Positions 1 through 10,931 are shown, counted from the first letter of the stretch. The stretch is 61,477 bases of DNA from Atractiella rhizophila (GCA_021432655.1 MU271458.1:1-61477); one strand, 5' to 3'. The notes: generated from the letters alone by a model not told the origin. Program-made: numbers and translations.

Positions 1-2
1 TT

Positions 3-80
3 CACATTGGGAAACGGATAGAGGAAGAAGGTCTCGGTGTATCCTTTGGCTCGATGAGCATATCTCCTCGACACCCTTAG
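3..80 (+). CDS. possible 3' end of a gene entering from the left edge
   Basis: Open frame HIGKRIEEEGLGVSFGSMSISPRHP ending at TAG 78-80, convergent with the WD40 gene; no recognisable motif. Confidence 0.2.
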   Translation, partial: HIGKRIEEEGLGVSFGSMSISPRHP

Positions 81-203
81 ATGTTTTGTAATCTAGACGC
101 TCATGCTTATCGCCGTCTTGTAGATGTTGTTTGCGACAGATTACGAAATGCTATATTAACTTTTGTACACTTCCAATCCTACAGAAGGGCCGCGGAGGAG
201 TGA

Positions 204-2226
204 CTACCGCACATCGATTTCCCCCAAGTAGATCAACTTGTCAACACCTCCTGAAGCAATGATGGGTTCTCTTGGGCTGAAATCTGTCGCTATTACTGTA
301 CCACGATGACCGGGAAGCTTGAATCTACACCACATTATTGTCCATAAAAAGCTTTTGAAGGCAGTTAAGGGACGTGACGCACTTTATCTCTCCACTTTCT
401 GAGTCCCAAATCGTAACAGACCTATCCGCCGAACCCACAGCAACAACTTTCCATCGAGAAAGGTATCAGCCACCTACATTTGCAGCAGAGGGAGGGGGAC
501 GAACATGTCTTTCCATTATGCCCGTAGCTCGGGTTACTCCAACTGACTTGTCTCAGCCAATTCTCAAATCCAGCCGGTGCCCCACCCAATATGCGATAAA
601 GACGCGGAGGCAGGACAGGATCTATGGGGTTGAGGACAGGTACGAATGGCTTGATGTCCCATATTTTGACTAGAGAGTCTGATGAAGAGGAGAGAAGGAA
701 ACTTTTGTTAGGCGACAACCGAAGAGAGGTGATCGTATCCTGATGTCCTCGCAGGGAGTAGAGGACGGCTTTCTTGCGGAGATCGTAGATGTGAATATCA
801 TTGTCTACTCCTCCAACTGATCGAACAACAGATTGATTCAGTCTTCGGGCATGAAGTGATGAAAACAGAACGAACTCGCGATCTCCGAACCTGCCCCTCC
901 CAACCACTCGACTGCAGTGACCGGGTGGCCAATATCAATCTTATCTATCTCTGCTGCTTCATTAGGAGAATGTATGCGGACAGTGCCTTTCAACGGGCAC
1001 ACATCTCAGTAGTAGTATTGTAAAGCGAGAAGGGACATACAGTCGTCCGATCCTGTCGCAACAAGGTTCGGAGCGACTGGCGAGAGAGAGAGAGAATTCA
1101 GTATGCCGCTGGAATCACAAACCGTGAGTTCTCCCTTCGCACTGCAGAAGAGTGCGTACCGGTGTGACCGATACCTCCTCACAAGTTCCCCCGTGACGGG
1201 CGAAAAAAGCAGCATTTGATTAGAAGCTGTTGAAGCAAAAATCTGTCCGTCGTGAGGTCAGGTGCCTATTCATTGCCCCGAAGATTTCAATACCTTATCG
1301 CTTGTCCCGCCCATTCCTCCCTCCTGCGACCACTCTATCGCAGTCACTGCCCCTTTCGAGCCTTTAAGGACGCCATAGTTAGCGCAATCACCGTAAACGC
1401 GCCACAGATCTGGGGAACCATTCCAAGCGAACGTTAGGCAATATTTCATCCAAGGAGGGAGAGGCATTCACAAACGAGCTTATCGGTTGACGAGGAGGCG
1501 AGAGTCGAGCCGGACGGATCAAATTTCAGGTCAAGTATTTCACCCTAATGCCAAAAGTGTTAGCAGGTGCTTCAATGTAGTAAGTACTGGACATAGCGCG
1601 AAGTTGCGAGCGTTAAAGAGTTTCTCTTGTCACAACTCCGCCTTAACCAAAGTATACGAGCTGACGAGCCTGGATATTCTCATTTGGAACATAGATACCA
1701 AGGAGCCACCGCTTACTTGCAGGTTTGGCTAGGGAACGCGCATTTGATTTTTGGTCCGGTTGTCCAACCAGAAGAATGAGGGACAATTAATCAAACACAC
1801 TGAAAGCAAAGGGGTATGCAACCTAATGATTTTCTGGCTTTTAGAGCAGGAACATGCTGAGTACTCCTGCGTTCTACGACAAGTGTCCCATCACTAAACG
1901 AACGCGACACAGGCTCGCTCAAGGATACAATGAGCTTGCAAGGTACGTCAGGCTCAGGCTCAAAGAGAATTCATATAAAAACGCGTTAAAACACCACGAC
2001 AGCAGGTGGCCCCAATTTGAAGCAAAAGATAGCTTACTTGATGTCCGGTGAGGCACATTATAGGCGCCTGCAATCCACTCGTTCTCTTCACACCCTGCAC
2101 TAGAGCTCCCTTCCCTTCCCCTGCACTGGCAACCACCATCTGTTGCTCTTCTCCTGATCCATCTGTACGCGACCGCTTAGAGATTATGAGTGTTCCTTCG
2201 GGCGAGGGAGGGCGTTTGTTCGACAT
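204..2226 (-). CDS. SNRNP40: U5 snRNP 40 kDa WD40-repeat protein (SNRNP40/Spf38-like), multi-exon
   Basis: Exon 1 MSNKRPPSPEG...QGVKRTSGLQAPIMCLTGHQ splices (intron 2037-1545) to GEILDLKFDPSGSTLASSSTDK. Later WD repeats GGVDNDIHIYDLRKKAVLYSLRGHQDTITSL and GFENWLR; C-terminus FKLPGHRGTVIATDFSPREPIIASGGVDKLIYLGEI*. RTSGLQAPIMxLTGH is characteristic of this family. Confidence 0.9.
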
Positions 2227-2339
2227 CTTGCTCTGGAGAACGAATCCTGGACGGGCTGGCAGTTGGTGTTTTCAGAGTGAGCCCCTTGGGTAGCATAGGG
2301 GACACTTCCAGCTGGTTAATTATGTTGCAAACAACAACG
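2227..2339. promoter_or_regulatory. compact bidirectional promoter between SNRNP40 and FMT1
   Basis: Divergent ATGs at 2226 (-) and 2340 (+) are only 113 bp apart. Confidence 0.55.
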
Positions 2340-4500
2340 ATGCCTGCAAGATATCATATACTGAGATTAAGCCCAGGGAGAACAGGAAGACGCGCATTCT
2401 CGTCTACGAAAGCGGTGGGAGGGACTGGGAAGAAGTGGAACATCCTCTTCTTTGGATCCGATGACTTTTCGTGCAGTATTTTGGAGAAAGTTATCCAGGT
2501 GTGTTTCTGTTCTGTGTTTAGCAACGTTGAAGCTTTCTGCAGAATCTGCTTGAATGACTAGAATATAGCGTCGTTGTTGGCGTTTTGTGTGAAGGAAGAT
2601 AATGGTAGAGCATCGTTTGTATCTTACGTTATTCAATTTGCGTTGCGCAAACGTTTTGTTCCCATTTCTGGCATATACGTTCTCACAAAATCATATTCAG
2701 CTGTCTTACTCCAAGCGGTATTAATATATTCAGCATTTCTAGAAATCCAAACGCTTTGCCGTGTAGTCGTTTGATATGCTCTAACCCTTTGTTTAAAAAC
2801 ATGCGCTACCTGACGTTCCCTTGCTTGCCGCATCCCTCTCCAACCTTGCTGGTCATGTGCAACAGAAGTCAAAGAGTTTCTACTTTCTCCTACTAAATAC
2901 CGCTTTGGCATTTTCAGTTATGTTCAGTGAGGTGGGAGCTTTGTCTCGTCGCAATAAGCAATAAAACGAGGAAAGACATAAAGACAGAGTCCCAGTGCTT
3001 GCTTTGACGACGTTAAAGTGATGCACACGTATGTGAACTTGGCAGCAGCCTTTCATGCCTTCATTTCATATAAAGGGTGGAGTGTATGCCGCATCATAAG
3101 TCCCACGAACTTGGTTATTTTTCGGTTTTCAAAGGGGTGGAAAGGAAATAGTACGGTTTCAGTCATAATGGGTATCATTTCTCGCGCTACAGCCGACCAA
3201 GATCTCATTATCTTTTCATCGTGAAGATTGGAATCTATTACTGTCCCCCAAACCAAGGTTGCCTCTAGGTACATTCTAAAATCGACTTCGCCTTTATCTT
3301 CATACTTCGGTTTCCTGCCTGTGCTCGCATTGGTCGTCTACACTCTACAAATGCTCACTGAAGTTATTCTAGAAAGATTTGGCATCTCACATTCACGTTG
3401 TAGTTCCTTCTTCCAAACGAATAGGGCGGAATCGACAAGAGCTATACATACCAGAACTTCTCAGACTTTCTCAGCGCCTCTCCCTTCCTACTACAACATG
3501 GGCTCGTCCATTCGCGCTCCCTTCTACGTTTTCGGATACTAGATCGCCCACGAATCTCTTGCTCTCAGCTTCTTTCGGCCACCTTATCCCCAGCTCAGTT
3601 ATCGATGCTTTTCCTCACACACAAGCTCTCAATGTTCATCCCAGTCTGTTGCCACGTTGGAGAGGACCGGCACCTGTCTTTTGGACATTGTTGAACGGTG
3701 ACAAGCACACTGGTGTGACGATTCAGGAGCTGCAGAAAGGAGCATTCGATGGAGGCCGGATTTTGGGACAGGTGCACACAAACGTGGGTCTGGAGGATGA
3801 TTATGCAATTTTGCTGGGGAGGTTGAAAGAGAGCGCGGGAGATTTAACTGTCGACGTCTTGAAAAATTTTGATAAGTACAAGGTAAGCCATCTATCATTT
3901 TCCTTTGAACCAGTATTGACTGGATCATAGGCTCAAATACAGACTCAAGATATGAATGGTGTTTCCCACGCACCAAAGATCACACGAGATCATGCTCGTA
4001 TCAACTGGGATGAGTGGGACAGAGCTACACTTCATCTATACAACCGCGCACTGCGGCACAAGGTTGCGCTCCATCTTGCCTGTAGATTGCTGCTAACCAA
4101 AACGACCGAACCACAGCATCATCTGTGGACTTATTTCCTCCCTTCCCCTCCTCCCGAAAATAAACCAATAACTGCTAACCACAAGCCTTACCGTCTCTCC
4201 TTCGTCTCTCTTTCCTCGACTCCACTCTCCCCAACAACAAAAGAAGTTCTCTCTCATCAAATCAAATCTGTGGGGGAGTTCTCTGCCTGGAAAGAAGCAG
4301 GGCGGTATGGACTCGCCGTTCGGATGAAGGATGGATGGCTCGAAGTTGACCGAGTGCAGGTGCTACGAGAAGGTAGACCAAAGGAGCTGAGCGCTGGCGA
4401 GTGGTTTACTGGCTACGTGAAGGCGAGAGCAGTGGCAGGGACGTTTATATCGTCTCTAAAGGACGAACATGGTGCAGAATTAAGCGCTGCTTTGCACTGA
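2340..4500 (+). CDS. FMT1: mitochondrial methionyl-tRNA formyltransferase
   Basis: Arg-rich presequence then WNILFFGSDDFS; phase-0 intron 2499-3372; SFGHLIP, LNVHPSLLPRWRGPAPV, TGVTIQEL, FDGGRIL and HAPKIT motifs; stop TGA 4498-4500. Confidence 0.9.
2589..3225 (+). ncRNA. structured intronic ncRNA, candidate telomerase RNA
   Basis: CTAACCCT at 2781-2788; hairpin 2732-2780 immediately 5' of it; nested long-range helices 2713-2722/2896-2905, 2658-2668/2929-2939 and 2589-2605/3205-3219. Ends are approximate. Confidence 0.5.
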
Positions 4501-5280
4501 GGTTCGGACTAAGGTTCGTACTGTAATATATGGACTTATATGCCCACCGGATGGATTGGAAATGTAACTGAAGGGTACTATGGTAGAACGGCCTATACCA
4601 AGAAGCATTTGGGTTTGGAGACCTTGTTAGGGGAGGAGGAATGAAATTGGGAAGTGATCAGCGTTAATTGCACTGCGCGTCGTTAAAGCTCCTTCAAGTA
4701 AACCAACAGGCCACTATCCACTTTGTTCTCCTCCTTCCTTCTTTCTTTGCAATCACGTCCGTCAACTACTCCTTCACGTTCCTTCTCTTCCGTGACGTCC
4801 CTATCCGTGTTTCTGTTCATACACCTCGACCAGTCGCGGGTATTGGCTTTTGCGGCCCATATTGGAGTTGCAACAGGAGTGGCGAGCCTTGAGAGCGGGG
4901 AAGAAAGTCCACCTGAGAACAGGTGGAGCAGGAACAGCGAGCACTTTCCCTTCCTTCTTTGCCCCTTTCACAAGCTTGAGGCGACTCCAACCAGACGTTC
5001 CATCACTGCAGGCTCTCGCAATATTACATCTGGAGGGTTTCTGTGCGCTTGCAACCTTTATATGTATACGCGCAACAGTTCAACAGCAGAGCCTACACAA
5101 AGAATGAGATTGAAGGAATTGACAAACCTCTTTCAATGCACCTCAGCGTCGTACGTCTTTTGCTTCAGACTTCGCACGACTGGACGGCTCAGCGATGGAT
5201 CTGTGGCGTTGAGTAGCTGAGAGGCACTGTAGGCATGAGACAAGGTGAGGAGGTCGTCATGAGCATCATGAATTGCCTTC

Positions 5281-5340
5281 ACACCACCACAATTGTCCCG
5301 AACACACCACCACAATTGTCCCGAACACAATTGTCCCGAA
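5281..5340. repeat. short tandem repeat, 23-bp unit (ACACCACCACAATTGTCCCGAAC) x2 plus a partial copy
   Basis: Directly visible; the core CACAATTGTCCCGAA occurs three times. Confidence 0.85.
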
Positions 5341-5640
5341 TTCTATGTTTTTGCCTCTTAGCCAGTTACATAACGACTTCTAAACACTTGCTGTTGCGTG
5401 CAATGATTGTATGAATGAGGGCTTCAGAATGGCATGGTTAAAACAACTTCATAGAAAGTAAGAGAGGTCCAAAGCCAAGGGGGTATACTGCAAGCTGTTG
5501 ATCGGATGCAAACTCTACGCGTCCAACACCTTCCCGCCTTTCGACTTGACCCCTTTTACCAGCAGCAAACAACGACAACCATTGTCCCACTGAGAAGTTG
5601 TAATTTCCCCTAAGAACTCGATAAAATCACATCAATCACG

Positions 5641-8075
5641 ATGGAATTGCATCCCCCTGCCAATGCTGACGATCGCAACAGCCTCGGCAACATTCCTAAT
5701 AACAACTTGAACGCAACCAATGATGTCGCCATCGATGCCCTCCAGGGAGATATCCCTCTCCAGCAAGCTGATATCGCGCTTGGAAATGGCTCCATATCTG
5801 AAGAAGCGACCGGCAAGCCAAAAAACTCGGCTGTATACACTTGGGAGAATCGGGGGCCACCACCGACTGAGGGCGAGACGACACCAGCAAAGGTCCCAAT
5901 ATCATGTTTGTGCTGCAAAGCCCAGTCAGTACTCCCTTTCTCAACAAGATATCAGTTGCTTTTCTTCCATCCACCTCTTTGTCTCCCTTTCTCCGTTTTG
6001 CGCTATTCTTTTCCCTCCTTTACTCCCTCTTCCTCGTTCATTCAGCCGCGTCCACTGACGCAGTTGCGAATGGAACAGGAAGAAGAAATGTAACGGGCAA
6101 GCCAAGAGAGCATGCACCCGTTGCGTGAATAAGTGGGAGAAATGGGTTCAGACCGTTGCGAACGGCAAAGTGCCGAAGGAGAAAGAGATGGGAGTCTGCG
6201 AGTATAGGGCAAATTCGCAGTGTGTTCCTCCTTGCTGATCTTCTATTCGTTTCGCTCCCAAGGTGCCCTATGACTGAGTACGAATTGTTGGATAGAGAGG
6301 AGACGAACGCGATAAAGGCGCTAAGGAATAGAAAGAGCCCGGATGGCGGCATCGAGAAGCAAGGGAACTTGATGGCGCCGAAGAGGAAGAGACTCGCTCC
6401 AGAGGATGGTACGAGGAGTGAGACCAACGAGGCAGGGATGAAGAAGATGAAGACGACCCAAAGCCCTCCTGAACACCAAACAATGTCCTATGTAGACGTC
6501 TCGAACTTGAATTGGCTTGCCAACCTTTATCATGCCAATGCCGCACGACCCATGGCTCCTTGCTCTGCCGTCGATCCCGTAATTAATCCTTATCTAACCA
6601 TACATCAGTCGCAAAACGGAGGGATGGAGACCGGCGGTTTCGTACCACACATTGTACAAAGTGGACCCCATGTCCCAGAAATCCTCATTCTCGGGGAAGC
6701 AAACCGATTGAATCCATGGTCAAATCCCAGCGGTTGGAATCAGGCTGCGATGAATCCAGTTGCGATGAATCCGACTTCTGCGAATCCGACTTCTGCGAAT
6801 CCGACTTCTGCGAATCCGATTGCGATGCATCAGCCTGTAATGAATCCGATTGGGCAAGAATTTCACCTAGAGGAGCAAGCTAGATCCATCCCTCAACTCA
6901 TGTCGTACCCCACTCTCCACCCTCAGAATGGCGACATTCCTCCGCCGATGTCTGATTGCAATCAAGGAGGGGATCTCCCTCTTGTCTCCAATGTTCTAGG
7001 CTGCGGGAACGGCATTAATGGATCTTTGAATGGCCAACTTGAGCCGTCGGCGTTGCCTTTCAACCAACCCTTGAGCTCCCATCCCACAAACCTCGCGCCC
7101 CCTGCGGCAACAGCGACCGCTCTACAGCCTTTCTGGGAAAGTGGGATTCCTGTCTTTAACGGTAATATGTCATCCTGTGATGCGAAAAGCGTGTCCAAGA
7201 TCGACTTCGAGAACGGAGTAGGATTGAACTTCGAGTTTGGAAATCCTGCAACGTCTGGTGTTGGAGTCGATGCAGATGTTTCATCCCTCTTTGATAAAAC
7301 TGGTACGATAGGAGGTGAAAGTCTGAGCCGCGTGGATCTGGACGAGTTGTTGAGAACGATCGAGCCCACCAATAAAGATCCCCTGGTTGAACATGCCCAA
7401 GCTGGAGTCGGTATGGCTGGTCATGGAAAGCAAGATTTGCCTTCCGTTCACCAAAACGCCGCTCTTGCTCAAGCAGATATCAATGGTGGAATACACAGGC
7501 CCTCTGACATGACTTTATCTTCCTCTGCATCGTGCAGTGCCGCCAAGTTTCCTCAACACACCAGCGCTGTCGTCACCTGGGAACAACTCAGGGCAGACGG
7601 TGAAAATTTCTTCCTTGATTCGAGTGCGAGGACGATGGAGGTAGAGGCGAAGGTGACTTCTGGCGTCCTCGAAGGACTCAGACAGGCGAAGGACGGTGCG
7701 AGCGCGGGCGTGAATCTGACAGACGAAAGAGGAGACTTGTACGACGGCAACCAAAGCCAGTCAGCTGTTATAAGGGGTCAGCAAACTCACGAAGGGGCGA
7801 CTAACGGCTCTCACGGAGGAGCGTTACTGTCAAACGAGTGGAACTTGTTTAACTCCTTCAATGAAGATTCCCCCATCAACATCCCCTCGTCTTCCTCTCC
7901 AATCTCCTTCTCGCCTTTCTTGCCGCTTCCACAACCAGGATCTTCGTCGCAAGATCAGGAGAGCGTAGATTATAACAATGGAATTGACGAGGAATGGGAT
8001 ATTTCCAAGTTCTTGACTGATTCTGGAGACATTTCGGTCGACAACGTCGTTGCTACCATGTCCGACGAACAATAA
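5641..8075 (+). CDS. Zn(II)2Cys6 transcription factor-like protein with long low-complexity C-terminus
   Basis: Splicing introns 5925-6078 and 6220-6262 gives SCLCCKAQKKKCNGQAKRACTRC-x24-CEY, continuing into the long ORF that ends at 8075 (NLS-like PKRKR). Confidence 0.7.
6765..6820 (+). repeat. coding 15-bp tandem repeat (NPTSA x3)
   Basis: GAATCCGACTTCTGC repeated three times in frame. Confidence 0.8.
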
Positions 8076-10711
8076 CCGTTGTGCCGTGATAGAATAGATT
8101 CAGTGACGTGTGCTATTGACTTCGATTTTCAATTGCTTGATCGTTCCTGCAAGTTCTTTTAACCTGTAATACACAGATACTCAACATACAACATTGCGAA
8201 TTACCTAGTTTTCCGTTTGCCTTTCCCTTTCATTTCAATCTGTCCACTCGCAAGTTCAGTAACATCGAGCTAGTGTACTAGTTTGTAACAGCCCATCGTA
8301 CCCTCATGTAAGGGTTTAACAGAAATGTGAGGAAAGTTCATCATTCAGTAATTCAGATATAACGCTTCAACGTGCATTCAATAAGATTCAATATGGGTTG
8401 CATTGACAAGGATAGACTATTCGAAGTCTACCTTTTGTCTTCACCTGCATTGTCGACCTATCAGTGAAAAAGCTGCCCTTGTCAGCTCTTTTGTTACATG
8501 CTTTCCATGTCACGGCAATACACGGCCATTGCCAATAAACCTTTATCTACTGCAGCACTTTTACATGCTCGAACTTGGATAAGACTCTACGCCGGAATGC
8601 TAGGCTTTCCAAACCTTTGTTACAGAGCTGTGACTAAAGACCTTGCTAAGCTGTATTCACATCCTTTGCCCCTTAACCACTAGGCGAAACGTGACGGGGA
8701 ACTGCTGGTGAAGTCATCTTCAACGTTTTGGCGAGGAACTACATGATGAAACACCACTGTATTGACCACGAAGCGGCCGACGGCCAGAAGTCATGTCTAC
8801 CTGTAGATAAAGGCTCAGACGATGCTGGATATCCTCTGCAAGTGTAGCCTTACGCTCAACTGCGCTTTGTTCAATAGGAGCGGTTTGAGGGCAGTATCAA
8901 GACACGAGATATGCTTGCAATTCCTTCCCCTTGGCCACAACATGAATTTCTTTAAATCAGTTGTTTGAAAAATAATGGAGAACTTTTGTTACCTTCTCTT
9001 TCATCGCTTCGAGAGACGGCATCCCCACGAGTCCAGCAGGAGACTCATCCTGTGTTGATTCTTGGAAGAATAGAAGACAGGGTACAAGGCGACAACGCAA
9101 TTGGTTACGGCTAAATTGTAGACAACAAGCTCCTATGCCTATCTAATATGATCTCGATATAAAGCAGACGCTTCCACCTGACCAACCATCAATAGTTCAC
9201 AAGAAAGTACGCGTGACATTCACATCTCAACTAAAGTCGGCGAAAGTCCTGGTAATGCAAGTTGAGCAACGCCCAGCTGCCATAGAGCTCGGAAACTATG
9301 CATTTGGTCAAACGATATGGATAAAATACCTAGGAGAGCAGAAAGCTTTGTAACAGGCAGTGTAGAACGATCGGACGACTCGTAGGATCTCAAAAGACCT
9401 CACCAACTTTCGACAGCAAGACTTGGGCAAGACTGCATTCTAACCCGATAGAAATCCGCACTACCAACTCACCCTCGTGCCCCTCATCCTAGCATTGTTC
9501 ACGCGACTCTAATCTCTCTCAATCGGGTCTCCTAAAGCGCTTATTCCTCGTGTTCGTCGTCGAAAGCGAGATTTTTGTTTGTGACGAACGCCGCGTCAAA
9601 GCAATTTAGCTTTCTGAGAAGCAACTTTAAACTTTTTCTAAACGACCAGTCTTCCCAACCGGGTACGCCCCTGACAAACCTTTACCAGCTCAGCCACTCA
9701 GCTTGAGTCTGGTTTCTGTGAGACTAACTCTACAGCCAGAGTGTGAAGCTGCAAGAACCACTTTGCGGCTGTTTTACTCGATCACTTCGTTGGAAGCGGT
9801 TGATTCTCTCAAGTACTTGACAGAATTCAACCACACCATCCAATTGCCTCCAAACTCATCCAGCCATAATATGCAAATTCACGCCATCAACTTTTTCGAT
9901 ACCTTTCACGAAGCCTGGCCGATACACCAACCGTCCATTCCGAAATTGCGTTTTCAATTTTGCGACAACCGACCCCAAATCACATTTCCTTTCCACACCA
10001 AAAATTTATTTTCAGAGCCATCTCCCAAGAAGACTAGGAAGGGAGACAGGGTGGAGCCTTAGAGCGTCGTCTCTTCCTGAAGAAGCGGCGTTCTGAGGAC
10101 GCAAACCGATTCAATCACCAACCAATCACCAAACAACTTCGAACGATCGAAGAAATCAGAGACCGAGGGAACTCCACAACACTTACCTATCTACGTCTAT
10201 CGATAGAAGCGAAAAGAACGAATCAAATCGAATACAGAGTTTCAAAATCAAGTCACACGAGCACCGAGCAACCAAAGACACGGTATCACAACTGCTCAAA
10301 ATCTTACTTTAAGAGAAATTGCTTATTGAAATGAGGGGATCACCTATTTCTAAACCCAGTGAGCCTTCCCTTCCGAGGTTGTGAAGTGGGGATTCGGTTG
10401 CATGACGGATTTTTTCTTTCCTTCTTTTGAGGACCGACCAAATGCTTACTGGGTGCCTTGACCAAGGTATTGAAAGAGGACGCTTTTTTATGCTGGAAAT
10501 CTGCCTTTAACTGGCCTTGAAAATTTTCCCCTTGTGGCGATTTCATCGATGCATAACTTTCGCCAAGCGAGTGCGTCCGCTAACTACGCACTGAGTTAAA
10601 TGAAAGTTAATCTATTCTTGAGCTACTTCAGTGTGTATTGACGATGTGAGCGTTGAGGCTGGTTGGTCTAAAAAGATCATTTTGTTGCTTGATGCTTTGA
10701 CTTTCGTTCGG

Positions 10712-10814
10712 GTGATGATTCGACCCTGACTCCAGTTGGGCCTCCTGGCATTGAGTTCTCCATCATTAAGCATCCATGCTCTTACTTCAATGATTTCGAG
10801 GCACTGCCGTCTGA
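10712..10814 (+). ncRNA. candidate box C/D snoRNA
   Basis: Box C GTGATGA 10712-10718, D' CTGA 10726-10729, C'-like ATGATT 10790-10795, box D CTGA 10811-10814; non-coding context upstream of a 3' splice site at 10977. Confidence 0.4.
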
Positions 10815-10931
10815 ACCCATTTTTTGGCAAAGGTGTGAAGGTCTCAACTCAGGCGTACACTGAGTTAAAACCTGCATAAAAGGTATTGGGTAGACGTTTT
10901 CTTGATTATTCGGTTGGAACCCGAATTCTCG

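Noticed and set aside
2633..2911. 92-aa antisense ORF inside the FMT1 intron
   Set aside because: No recognisable motif; it overlaps the paired RNA core and is best explained as a chance ORF.
2499..3372. TPP or other riboswitch in the FMT1 intron
   Set aside because: No CTGAGA or ACCTGAT-type TPP core in the right arrangement, and the host gene is unrelated to thiamine.
4668..5330. ORFs between FMT1 and the Zn2Cys6 gene
   Set aside because: No convincing ATG start, splice pattern or motif; cannot be supported as a gene or transposon.
5281..5340. Repeat superficially like a CRISPR array
   Set aside because: Eukaryotic context, no unique spacers and no cas genes; a simple tandem repeat.
9241..9255. 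GAAAGTCC resembling RNase MRP/P CR-I
   Set aside because: No complementary CR-V element found downstream.
10357..10385. CAGTGAG...CCGAGGTTGTG resembling the U4 snRNA kink-turn
   Set aside because: No U6-complementary 5' segment and no Sm site at the expected distance.
9440..10830. Alternative telomerase RNA: CTAACCC at 9440-46, U-rich stem at 9550-9610, AGTTGGGC at 10734, Sm-like site at 10819
   Set aside because: The template is only 7 nt and can be sequestered by ATCGGGT (9522-28); no boundary or enclosing helix was found. Weaker than the FMT1-intron candidate, but worth including in the same test.
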